NCBI RefSeq assembly: GCF_004010195.1
Contig: NC_057750.1
Coordinates: 8,160,084 to 8,224,083, forward strand
DNA length: 64,000 nucleotides
Direction: 5' to 3'
From: Chiloscyllium plagiosum
Taxonomy: Eukaryota
The notes below the pieces were generated by a model. The model made no database searches and was not told where the DNA came from. It saw nothing but the letters and a program-made list of their open reading frames with translations. Numbering within the stretch: the stretch's first letter is position 1; the number at the start of each line of letters is the position of its first letter. The translations under genes and the position numbers were made by a program. Positions 37,455 through 49,108 of this stretch are shown here, piece after piece.

Positions 37455-39340
37455 AGTAGGCCAGTTACCAAATCTTCTCTGCCATTGACTATGATCGTGG
37501 CTGAACAGATTGTGGCCTTAGCTCTACTCTTCTGCCCCTCTCTCCATGTAACATTGTCTCCCTTAAAGGAGAGTCAGTGTTTCTACAGCACAGAAAGATG
37601 CCATCAAACATCCAATATTATTAATCCGATTTTTCATGACTTAACATACAAAGCTACAAGCCATGATATCTCGAGTGTTCATCTAAATTGTCTTGAGTTT
37701 CTGCTTCTATCCACCCACTCCTCTTTAGGCAGTGACTTTGAGAAACCACCACCTTCTCGGTGGAAATAAATTTCCACACGTTCTCTCTAAATCTCCTGTT
37801 CCTTACCTCAAAATTATCCCTGCTTATTGTCACTTTACTAAACAGAAAAGTTTCTCCCTATTTATGCCCCTCAAACATTTTACTACTTAATCAGCCTATC
37901 TAGTCTTTCTACATAATTGAATCGCTCCAACCCTGGCAAAATCCTGGTGAACCTTTTCTGCACCCTCATTAGTGCAATCGCGTTCTTCCTGTAGACAGGA
38001 GACAGAACTGCACATGATACTCTGGCCCCAATAACATGCCACCTCACCTACTTGTCCTGCTTCCTTAAAGTATCTGTGGACATGCACACCAATGTCCCTC
38101 TGGGTATGTACTTTCTCGGGACCCACATTCAATGTGTACACCTTCGCTTGTTAGACCTTTCACTTTTTCAGGACTAAATTTCATTTTCCACTGAGTCCAT
38201 CTGACCAGCCTGTCATATCACACTATAATCCAAAACTTTCCTCCTTGCTATTTATCACACTATATATTTCTCATCTGCAAACTTACTGATCATGTATCCT
38301 AAACTTATGGACCATTAATTACACCACAAACAAGGTGCTCAGCACTGAACCCTGTGATATGCCACTGGATACTGGCTTCTAGTCACAAAAAAAGGCCTTC
38401 ATCTTCTGTTTCATGTTGCTACGCTAGCTTTGAATCCAAATTGCCATGGATCCCATACGCTCCACTTCTTAACCAGCCTGCCACCTTGTCAAAAGCTGTA
38501 CTGAAGTCCCTGTAGACTACATCAACTGGTTTATCCTGCGCACCTGAAAATTCAGTCAAATTTGTTAGACATCGTCTTCACCTGAACAAAGCCATGCTGA
38601 CCATCCTTGGTTAATTCTTGCCTCTAAGTGGAGATTAGTTTGTCCTTCAGAATTTTTTCAGTAGTTTCCCTACCACAGATGTTTGACTCTCTGACCTGTA
38701 GTTTAATGGTTTATCCCTTGAATAATGGTACCATGATGTTCATCAAACTCTAATTTGACCATGTGTATATTCTATGATACCGCCTCCATTGCTTTTGAAT
38801 TTTGATGATTGATTCTCTGCAATAATACTTCCTTGTCATCATATTGAACAGCAGGCCTGTTAGTTTTAAATTATGCCCCTTCATTCTAGATTTCTTATCA
38901 AGGAGACCTATAGTGTCAACATTCACTCTGTCATGTTCCTTCAGAATTTTCTGTTTCATCAAGTCTTCTCTCTTTCTTCAAAATTCCAATAAGTATTAAC
39001 CCAATTTGCTCAACATTTCTTCATAAGATAGCTCCTTCATCTTAAAATCAACCTCCTCTGAACTGAATGTAAGTGTATCTCCTCTTAAGACCAAAACTCC
39101 ATGTGATTATTGTCGGTGGCAAAATTTCCCTACTTTTATACACCATCCACCCTGAAACAGAGGCTTACATTACATTTGTTTTTCTAATTACTTAATCTGC
39201 ATGTTAACCTTTCATGATTCATCTACAAGGTCATTCAGATACTTCTGCACCGCAAAATTCAGCAGTCTCTCTCCATTTAAATAAGTCAATATTTCTATTC
39301 TTCCTGCCAAAGTGGGCAACCTCAAGATTTCCCAATTCAT
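37455..39340 (-). mobile_element. Several degenerate CR1 fragments (RT and 3' regions)
   Basis: Minus-strand remnants such as QRDIGVHVHR, a DFSTAFDKV-like segment (~38485-38520) and CR1-type 3'UTRs. Confidence 0.7.
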
Positions 39341-39602
39341 TATGCTCCATTTTTGACATTTTTACCCCCTCCAGCGAAGCTTCTCAACCAATGAAAAGAA
39401 GCCGAAATATTCAGTTGAGCAACTGTTCTCCAGCCCTGTGGTTATTCAGTTTTTCTATTTTAAATCTTTACCACTGTGCTAGATTCTAGAGTTCACTCTG
39501 ATATCTTTGATATCCATTTGAGGAAATTGTTAAATATGTGCAGTAAATTTAGTACGTGGAGCCAAGCAGAAGGCTTGAATAAACTGTTCCCTCTCCTTTT
39601 AA

Positions 39603-39806
<204 letters not shown>

Positions 39807-40331
39807 TGAGGATTTTCATATGGCAGTTCAAAATTATTTATTCTAAGTCTGTGCGTGCATATCTTTCAGTAGTCCCTTTACATTTCACACACGTCTGGCA
39901 ACTTATGGAATCATGAATGCTGGTAACTCTTGAAAATATGTTCCTTGTAGTTGTCCATGAATTAACCAAGATATTTGAGTCTCTGATAGGTGGCAAACTA
40001 TCTGAGCTTGGTGAAGTAGAATAGAGACAAACCCAATACTGTCCATCTCTGAATGACACTTTTTTTTCCTTTGCTGCTAAACTTGATTGTACTTTGCTAA
40101 CTATTATTTCCATGGCTGACAGTTTTCTCAGCAATGAATAGGTTTCAAGTCCAGGAGTACAGTGCGTTATGTAACCCAACTTGAAAATCTCAGGCAATGT
40201 TTATCAAAGATGAATAGGTCAGCATCATCAGTTCCTGAGGTATTGATTCAGATTGAAGAGGACAGGACTTTATTTGAATATATTGGGGTTATACTGTTAA
40301 GCTATATTGCCCTCATTTTTTCTGTTTATAG

Positions 40332-40463
40332 ACCACAACCTTGTTCTACAAGAGAAGGATTTTGCGGTGAATACAATAGCTGGAGCAATGAAAAGCTTCT
40401 TCTCTGAGCTTCCGGAGCCACTGGTCCCATATAGTGCACAGGTCGAATTGGTAGATGTCAGCA
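40332..40463 (+). CDS. ARHGAP35: ARHGAP35 coding exon, RhoGAP domain ([44 protein letters not shown])
   Basis: TTTATAG acceptor and GTAAGT donor; 132 nt, in frame with the flanking exons; [16 protein letters not shown] RhoGAP motif. Confidence 0.95.
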
Positions 40464-41429
40464 GTAAGTATGGACCAGCACACAGTCTGTGGTAGAAAGA
40501 AAACGCCTTTCTATAGCATCCTTTAGAATATCCCAAAGATATGGCTAATGGGTTGGTTTTTGAAGATCAGTCATGATGTTTAATTAGGTAAGCATGATAG
40601 CCTCTCCTTCCTTAAAGCACTCCATAAACATGATCTCCATGATCTGCAGCCATTGGCAATCCTCCATAGTCGCCATTCACTGTCCCTCTATTAAGGTAAA
40701 TGTTTGCTCCATTATGAGTTTCTTTTGCTTCCTCATGTGACTGAATGTGCTGATCCTCGACCCACAGATCTTTGGCATGTGAGGCAGCATGTCTCATGTA
40801 ATGGGTCCAGAGGGAAGTCAAGGTCAAGCCATCTTAATCTTACCAGTCCATAGGGCTGCTGGCTCATTAGAGAGAGGGGGCTAGTGGTGATTTGACCTGA
40901 GAGCTGTACTACCTTGAGCGAGGGGAATGATTCATGGTAACCTCGGCTGGTGATGCGAAGCTTCGCAAGTCAAACGTCCAGCCAACTAACCTAAGTATTT
41001 GTTTTTTTTTTATCTTTCCTTCTCTTGTAACATTTTTCCTCGAAAGGTATGTAGCTTGATGGTGAAATGATTGCCATTTTGGTAGCCAGGTCCTCCGCTC
41101 ATTAATGTCAGTGCTGCTTGCTCTAAGGGGAAATTTGAGTTTCTTAGTATTTTCTCCCTTGGAATGCTGACAATGTCAGAGTTCAGAAGATTGATACATG
41201 TTGGCCATTCAAACAATGTTCATGCCACCGAAATTAGTTCTGAATTCTTGTGGAACTGCCTTCAAGAAGGGCGCTAGTGTTTGATCCTCCTATTGAATCT
41301 GGAGAATGCAGTAAAAGCTCTGCTAATGGAACTTCCCTATCACTCTTGTGCTGTTGCTGCATAGTTTATTTCTCTGCCCCTACTTCTGCTCTCCTCACCA
41401 ACTAATACTCCACAATTGTCAAGGAACTG

Positions 41430-41650
41430 TTAGACCCTGTTTTAGATCTTCAACAAATTGATGTGTATGTTTTGGATAATCAAGGAGAGCCGCAAATTCA
41501 CGCTGGTCACTTTAAAATGGTACCTTTAGAGAAGTTCTGCTTGAGCAATCTTCACCTGTTTTTCTAGAATTTGATGCTGCCGACCTTCAACTGAAGTCGA
41601 GCAGATGGCTGGGGAAAATTATGTAACTGCTGATGCTCTGTCTAGGGTTT
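41430..41650 (+). mobile_element. Ancient Ty3/Gypsy pol (RNase H C-terminus) relic
   Basis: AGENYVTADALSRV at 41608-41649 resembles the Gypsy GxxNxxADALSR motif; the upstream sequence is very degenerate. Confidence 0.45.
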
Positions 41651-42217
41651 ATAGGAGAGATGTAGGAGTGAAGCAAGGTTCTCGGTTATGATAATTCTGA
41701 TGTTTTAAACCCTGCTGATTGTTGCTGTTTTTGTTGTGGTTAAAACTCTAATGATTTTGTAAAATTGGCGTTTGGTGAAATATGGAAGTTACCTGTGAAG
41801 TATGTAATCAGCTAATTATCAATATGTTTAGATGATGTGAACTTCTGTATTATTAAAAAAAAACTTTTGCCACAATCAAGCTTTTTTTTTCCCACTAATT
41901 AAACTCAGACCAGGAATCTTAATACATGCTCATCTGTTTCCTGTGGTTTTGTAATGTATTAGGTGATCAGCTTTACCCCATGCACAATGAAGGGTGGTAA
42001 GATTCTCTTCACTTCATCAATTCTCTCCCTCCCTTATATCCCAATACCCAAATGTGGCAAATGAACTGACATCTGTGAAACACCCTCCACTCTAGGATCT
42101 GCATTGTGGTGCAGGGTGTGTGGATTCAGCTGCTGCCACTGTCATGCAGCTCATTACGGAATCACTGTGATGATCCACGTGCTGTCTGCATTAAATTACT
42201 TATTTTTCTTCTCTCAG

Positions 42218-42323
42218 AACAGCCTGATAAGGAGCTGAAGTTGAATGCACTTAAGGAAGTGTTGAAGAAGTTTCCAAAAGAGAATTATGAGGTCTTCAAA
42301 TATGTCATCACCCACTTAAACAA
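42218..42323 (+). CDS. ARHGAP35: ARHGAP35 coding exon, RhoGAP domain ([36 protein letters not shown])
   Basis: TTTTTCTTCTCTCAG acceptor and GTAAGT donor; 106 nt, phase 1-2; matches p190[26 protein letters not shown]. Confidence 0.95.
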
Positions 42324-44576
42324 GTAAGTAATTGCTTGATGCAAGCAGTAAGGCTATCCTGCATAAAAGTTGTGCTTAATTGACCTGGCTAATTAATGGT
42401 GCAGAGGATATCATAAACCAATGGTTCAAATAACTGAGACCGTATTTTTTTCTTCTAATGATACAAATCAATTTAAGGTAAAGAAGAAAGTAAATCTCTT
42501 TGGGAATTTAAAATGCTTGCCCTTACATGTATGTGGATTCAAAATTGCTAACTGTACAGGCCTTCCTGTGCTGCAACTCTACTTTTTCTCAGCTATAGCA
42601 CAACAGAGATGAAATTACAGACACTGTTTTGATGATCCTTTTGGAGTTATATTTTTTCTTGACCTTCTATTCCTGTGTTCTTTATAGCAAGGTCAGATTA
42701 AATTCTTGTGTGCACTTCAATGCAGGCATTGACCTGTTTTAAATAAAGTATTAATTCCTGCATTGAAAGTGCGCACAGGAATTCATTTAATTAAACCCAA
42801 GTGCAGAAACAGCATATGTTCTGAAATTCCCGTGCTACTTGGCCGGCATGTTGTTTAGAGAGTTCATACTTTTGTCAAAACGTTGTTTCAGATCTTCCAC
42901 TTAAATTCAGTGAAATCTTATTATCGATACTTCAAGTAAGTGTGTACTTGATTATAGACCAGCATTTTCCTGGGATAAAGCCTTGAACAGTATCACCTGA
43001 CAAAGTAATATGTTCTCACAATGGATGTAAATTGACCTTATGGTCCAAAGAAAATTAATTTCAATGTAATATTTTTTATCATCTTGCTCCTCATTTCTGT
43101 GCCAAGGTGTTCCTGGACAATGTGTGTGAACCAAAATATGATCACTTTTTTTTGGAATGGAAGCAGGTGTGGGTGGCACTGCATTCTTTTTGTTCTAGTT
43201 AAAGGAATCAGATGCAGCACACTTCTGTTTAACTTGCACCTATGGGACCGGGAGTGTGTTGGTTGATCAAATATTCTAGCGATCAAATATTCTGGATGAT
43301 CAAGAGGTCCACATAATCTATGTTTTAAAAAAAACACACTCCATAATAGAGATGTAATACAGAGGGAATACATATCACTGTCATACTTTATTTACAGCAT
43401 AAATCACTTTTATATAGTAATGGAACTTCACCTTAAATAAAACTTACTCCTCTGATTTTGCGGAGATAGTAATAGAACATAATCTTCCAGTATTTGAGAT
43501 ATCATTTTTGCCAGTTCATGAGGCACTGGTTAAAATCAAGCTTGCTGTACTTCCTTGGCTTTGCTGTTTTGGAGAACACTGAGCCATTACTTGCAGGCTG
43601 GACTATTTTTGAGGATGTTAATGAACCAGTTAGGGTTTCACATCAATCTGACAGCTTTAGTGGCCATTATAGTTTTGCTACCAGACTTGTTGAGTTCACT
43701 TTTAATGACTTGCCATCGTACAGCTGCAACTCACAACCTGTTTGGACCAAAAGTACTAGGCAGCCACCACACTCTTCAGAATGGAGCTTTCAGTGCCACT
43801 GATTTTTGTTTGTTGCTATTGATATTATTAGATCAGCAAACAGTGTTTGTACACCATTTTCTCTCCCATTATTTCATTTTAATGCTCACCAAGCCGATTA
43901 AAGAACTGAGAAATGTAGTTATTCTCTGCCAATAATATCTGCAGTGTCACTTCTACAAGTGTTTTTCAAGCCCCAAATTCGTTGTCTCCTGTTAGGATTT
44001 TCATTCAGCTACTTGTTATTTTTGCTGATCTGTACCAAGGGGCATGCGCTTTCCACCAGACTAACTGAGGAACAATAAAAATGCTGATTCAGGCAGGCTT
44101 TAGTCCTGTCATCCGCTCTTCCCAACCTACTTTCAGGGTTCTGTCTTAAATTTGCTCATGTTGTTGGCTGGGCCACCATTTATTGCCCATTCCTAATTAC
44201 CTCAGAAAAGGTGGCAGTGGACTTCTTCCTTAAGTTGCTGCAGGGACACCCATTGTGCTTTTAGGAAGGGACGTAATCATTGTTTGCATTGTACGTTGGA
44301 TTATTATTTCTAATCGTAGCAATATTTGCTTGGCAGTTTTCATTAGGAAGAGGAAAAGAAATAAGTTAACAAGAGGATTTTTCTTGTGATGCTGATGGGC
44401 TCGTTTCTGTTCAAATAGTCTTGGGAGATGGGAAAAATGTTTGTAGGTGCAAGAAAAGAGGGAAATGTACTGCTCACCGTTGAGTGGGTGGTGACACAGG
44501 GAGGTGGCTAAATGTTTTGATTATGCTCACTTTGTTCAATGTATTGTGTAGACTACTGGGTTCTGTTTCATTTCAG

Positions 44577-44871
44577 GGTCAGTCAGAACTGCAAGTTGAA
44601 CCTGATGAACAGTGAGAATCTCTCCATCTGTTTCTGGCCCACACTTATGAGGCCTGACTTTCAGACCATGGATGCTCTGACAGCTACCAGGACGTACCAG
44701 ACTATCATCGAGCTCTTCATCCAGCAGTGCCCTTTCTTCTTTTACGAAAAGCCAATAATGGAGCTGATCAGTGCTGTTCCCAGTTCTCCCACTTCGAACA
44801 CTGCCTTTCAGTGCCCATCACCTGTAACAATGATTCCTTCACCACCACAGTCGCCTCCCCCAACACCTTAG
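44577..44871 (+). CDS. ARHGAP35: ARHGAP35 last coding exon ([28 protein letters not shown]...[14 protein letters not shown])
   Basis: TTTCAG acceptor in phase 2. [15 protein letters not shown] and [26 protein letters not shown] match p190A. TAG at 44869-44871. Confidence 0.95.
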
Positions 44872-47800
44872 AGGCCACTTCAACATCTGTGAACACAACT
44901 GCAGACGGAACGGCCAAGTAAACTGTGAATTGGGTTATAAATATGCCAGGTATCATAACTGGGTTTTTCAAAACTGCCTTGGGTTATGATACCCTTTTCT
45001 GTTGTACAGAGCAGTGTAATCATAGTTAAAACAAATGACATGGCACTAAGAAAATTGATTAAATACCCAAATACTGCAGTGACTGCAAAAGGAAAAGTCC
45101 ATGACTTCATAGTGGGTTCTGTGAAATGCAAATAGCACAGATTCCACTACAGAGTGGTTTCTCAAAATGCACAATGTTTAAACAGTTAATTATACAGACA
45201 AACTCTACTGCTTATTTAATTTAAACTTGTTCCCTTCTAAGCCAATATAGAAAGTTGCTTTATTTACTTTTGGTTAGTGCCAACTCTTGCTTAGAGAATT
45301 GTTTTTGAGATCACGTGCTGCTATTTTAACCTTTATTAAAAATAAACGCGAATTTCATGCGGACTGTTAATTCACAGCAGACATGCCCATTGGGCACAGC
45401 CTCGTGGTAATATTTGTGAATGCGAGGTGTGAACATGAGCAGTTATCCTAGGTAGAATGACCAAGCCCAGCATGTAGATGTACATCTGTGAAGATGGTTC
45501 ATTTGGGAAGCCATTCTAACCTTGGGGCATTTGCTTTAAGGAAAGAACACTAAATTAATGTTATGATAAAATCTGTGTCCTAAGGTTCTGTAGAGCTTGT
45601 AGTAAAGAGGTTTGTCTGTATAACAATGATGTGAGCAGCTGCATGAAAGTGCTTTGTGCAAAAGGAGATTTTAATGCTGGTTTTCCCAATATCCATACAG
45701 CTTCAGTGGCTGATGTCTGTGGAACTTTAGAACCTCTTTTGTCTCGTTCTCACTAGCTTGATCTGTTCTGGTTCGCAATTGCCCAATTTGGTCCCTGGCA
45801 GAATCCAATTGAAACGGTCCTGGATCATTTGCCGTTGGGCAGAATTTCCTCCTCCTTCCATGCTTGCCCTATCTTTAGGACCACATTTGTTGCCTGTCTC
45901 TACTGCTGCCCCATCTTTACCCTTCTTTGTTAACTAGCCAGACCTGATGTGTAGTGCCAGGTAGGAGCCTCTTGATGCAAAAGGACAACCTATTGCCAAC
46001 TAAAAGTGTCAGCCAACGTTACGTCAAATTTGCCCATCACTTTAAATGATTAGTGTGATCCCCTATCCCCTTTTTAGGTTGCGCAAAAGTTAAACATATC
46101 TTGGCTGGTGCCTTGCATCCGTCCAGGCAGGAGTTAAGGTGCTTTAGGATGTGGCTTTCTCTGAACTGGCTTTTTTTTGTTAAACAATAAATAATTTAAA
46201 TGCTTGAATGGCATGTTAGCACATGCATGGTTTATCACAATGTTTTATAACCATCCTGAGGTGTGTCACTTTTGATGTGTATCACAAAGACCTTTCTGCC
46301 CAGTGATGTCTACTAGAAAAGCAAATACGCATGGACTGTATTGCGCAGCACTGTGATAGATCCTGTGCTTGAATAGCTTCACTCTGCTGAAACTTGAAGA
46401 ATGGCCAAATTTGCAAGATATTGTAGGGTGGCCATTGCCCACAAAATCATACCTCAGCACCAATCAGTGCCTAAAGGATATAGAATGGGGGCTGGAAGAG
46501 AATCAAAAATATGAACAGGTACAACTAAATGCCTGAGCAACTCCAGTCCTGAAGCAGTTCACTTTCAAGGTTAGTGTGAAGGCTGCATAAGGGGTCCTCT
46601 TAAAATATATATAAATAAATATATATATATTGAGGTTTTATAATCCTAAAGTTCAAATTCCACAGCGCCAGGTCTGAGAACCTACATTACACATGACACT
46701 GTAAATGCAAGAATTCATTGTTTAATGAGCTGAGCAGCAGTTGCTATGAAATATGCCGTTGTTCATTAACACTACCATTATTTTTAGCGATTTGTTCTTT
46801 GAACTATTCAGCTCCTATCTGGAGTTTGTAACAAATCATATGTTTCAGTCATGAGGCAAATTCATCAATACCTGGCCAGTGTGTTCTTAGCATTTCTTTT
46901 CCCCCGTAGGGCTGTGCCAGTGAATCAATTTTAAAACACTTAGTTGATCGAAGTATTCAGCTCTGCCAATTTGGGTATGGTACGTACAGTTATGGTCTCT
47001 CCAATAACAGAACAAACACTAAAATGTTATGTGTTTGTGTGTGTGTGGTTTTTGTAACTAGTCAATGTTGTGCGTATTGACTGACTGGGCAAAATGTGAA
47101 GTGGACAACCCAGATCCATTGTTTCCATATAAGATGCTGACAATTTATTCCATTTTATATCTTTTGTTTGAAATGTATATTTCTAAATATTTAAGAATGG
47201 ATTGTACTGATTCTGTCAAACGTGTTGGCGCAGTCCTTGTCTCCCAGTTTTGATCCTAATGACTGGTAGTTATTAGGAAGAGTTAATTCATATAAACCCA
47301 TCAACAATTACTGATTGATTAATGATTCCAAAATTTCCAAGTTAACAAAGTTTTGCTTCATTAGGAAGGCCTGGCTTAGCTTTGAAGCCTGCTATTAAAA
47401 AGCTGGCAATTGCCTGAGTGTCTCCATTCCTAACTCATCCGTTTCTGAATTAGAAGCGGGTATGGCAGATGAGTAAAAGGAGCTGCAGTCTAATCATTTT
47501 TTAAAATTATAGACTATTTATGAAATAGATTGGTACGGTTTTATCTGAAATTGCAATTCCTCACACAGCTGATGACCAGCAAGTCTATCAACAGCAGAAG
47601 CTATGCTGTCACGTACATGTGAGGAAGAGAAGTACCTCCTGAAAATAGATTGATTTGACAAATCTGGCTTGATGTTGACTAAATGACTAGTGTTGCACTG
47701 GATCTTGTCTGCAGCATTTGGGCATTAATTCCTTTTCAAGTTGGGTGGTACTCCCTTAAAAGGGATTGGAAGCTAAGTTACCCTTTTGAGGATGAGCAGG

Positions 47801-48666
47801 CTGTTTAATTTTCTGTTTATGTCCTGAATTTGGATCAAAAATTGAATGAAATTGGCTCAAAACAAAATTGTGGGGCTTTTTGTGTTTGATATCCGAAAAC
47901 TTTAAGAGCTAAATCAGTGAGTGAAAATAAAATATTTTAGTGAAACTGTCTTCACAGTTTGGATGATATCAAAAGGAGTTAGTGTGTAGCAATAACTTGG
48001 ATTCCATGTCTCTTTCAAGACCTCACCACCACACGTGGCAAGTCATTCCCTCAAGCATCAGTGAAGAAAGAAGCCAATGATTTACTGAACCATTGATTAT
48101 TTTTAAATTTTTCCTCTCTTAACTGTTGGAGGAACGATATTGGTGTGTGTGCAAAGCACCAGATAACAGCTATAAACATCAGAGCCTTATTGGGTTTTCT
48201 AAAATAGCCTCTTTATGCAAAAAGTATCATCCAAAATAATTGTTGGGTTTAAACTAATTTGAACCCAAATTTAGATGTTTTACAGATCAGTTTTTACATG
48301 GGAATGGGAAATTGCCCTTGAAACTGAGTGCTGAATATGCTCCTGCCATGTTTTACCTTGCTGGAACTTCAGAATTGGATCATTATGGGGAAAGAGTCTG
48401 TTAGAAATGAGGAGTCTCTGGTTCTCAGTAGATTCATGCACAAAGGAGAGCTGCTTACATTTATTTGTGTCTTTCACATCTTGCCAATACCCTGCAAACA
48501 TCTATTTGTATGGAGCCTTGCTCGTCCAGTAAACTGCATCTTACTAACCTGTGCTATATAAATGTGATGAAATTTCTTTGTGACATTTCCAGTATTTTGG
48601 AACTCTGTTAAAAGTTGCAATAATCATCGTGTCTGTTTTCTTCCAAAGGGAGTAATACTACAGATT

Positions 48667-49108
48667 TTCCTCCTCCCCCTTCCTCCTCCCCCTTCCTCCT
48701 CCCCCTTCCTCCTCCCCCTTCCTCCTCCCCCTTCCTCCTCCCCCTTCCTCCTCCCCCTTCCTCCTCCCCCTTCCTCCTCCCCCTTCCTCCTCCCCCTTCC
48801 TCCTCCCCCTTCCTCCTCCCCCTTCCTCCTCCCCCTTCCTCCTCCCCCTTCCTCCTCCCCCTTCCTCCTCCCCCTTCCTCCTCCCCCTTCCTCCTCCCCC
48901 TTCCTCCTCCCCCTTCCTCCTCCCCCTTCCTCCTCCCCCTTCCTCCTCCCCCTTCCTCCTCCCCCTTCCTCCTCCCCCTTCCTCCTCCCCCTTCCTCCTC
49001 CCCCTTCCTCCTCCCCCTTCCTCCTCCCCCTTCCTCCTCCCCCTTCCTCCTCCCCCTTCCTCCTCCCCCTTCCTCCTCCCCCTTCCTCCTCCCCCTTCCT
49101 CCTCCCCC
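48667..49108 (+). repeat. Perfect tandem array (TTCCTCCTCCCCC)x34, with a degenerate CT tail to ~49180 and a (CCT)n tract at 49317-49387
   Basis: 13-bp period read directly from the sequence. Confidence 0.95.

Noticed and set aside
46290..46462. Faint ancient SINE-like sequences (also ~21240-21450 and ~51390-51670)
   Set aside because: Resemblance is by recall only and too diverged to set boundaries or family without a profile search.
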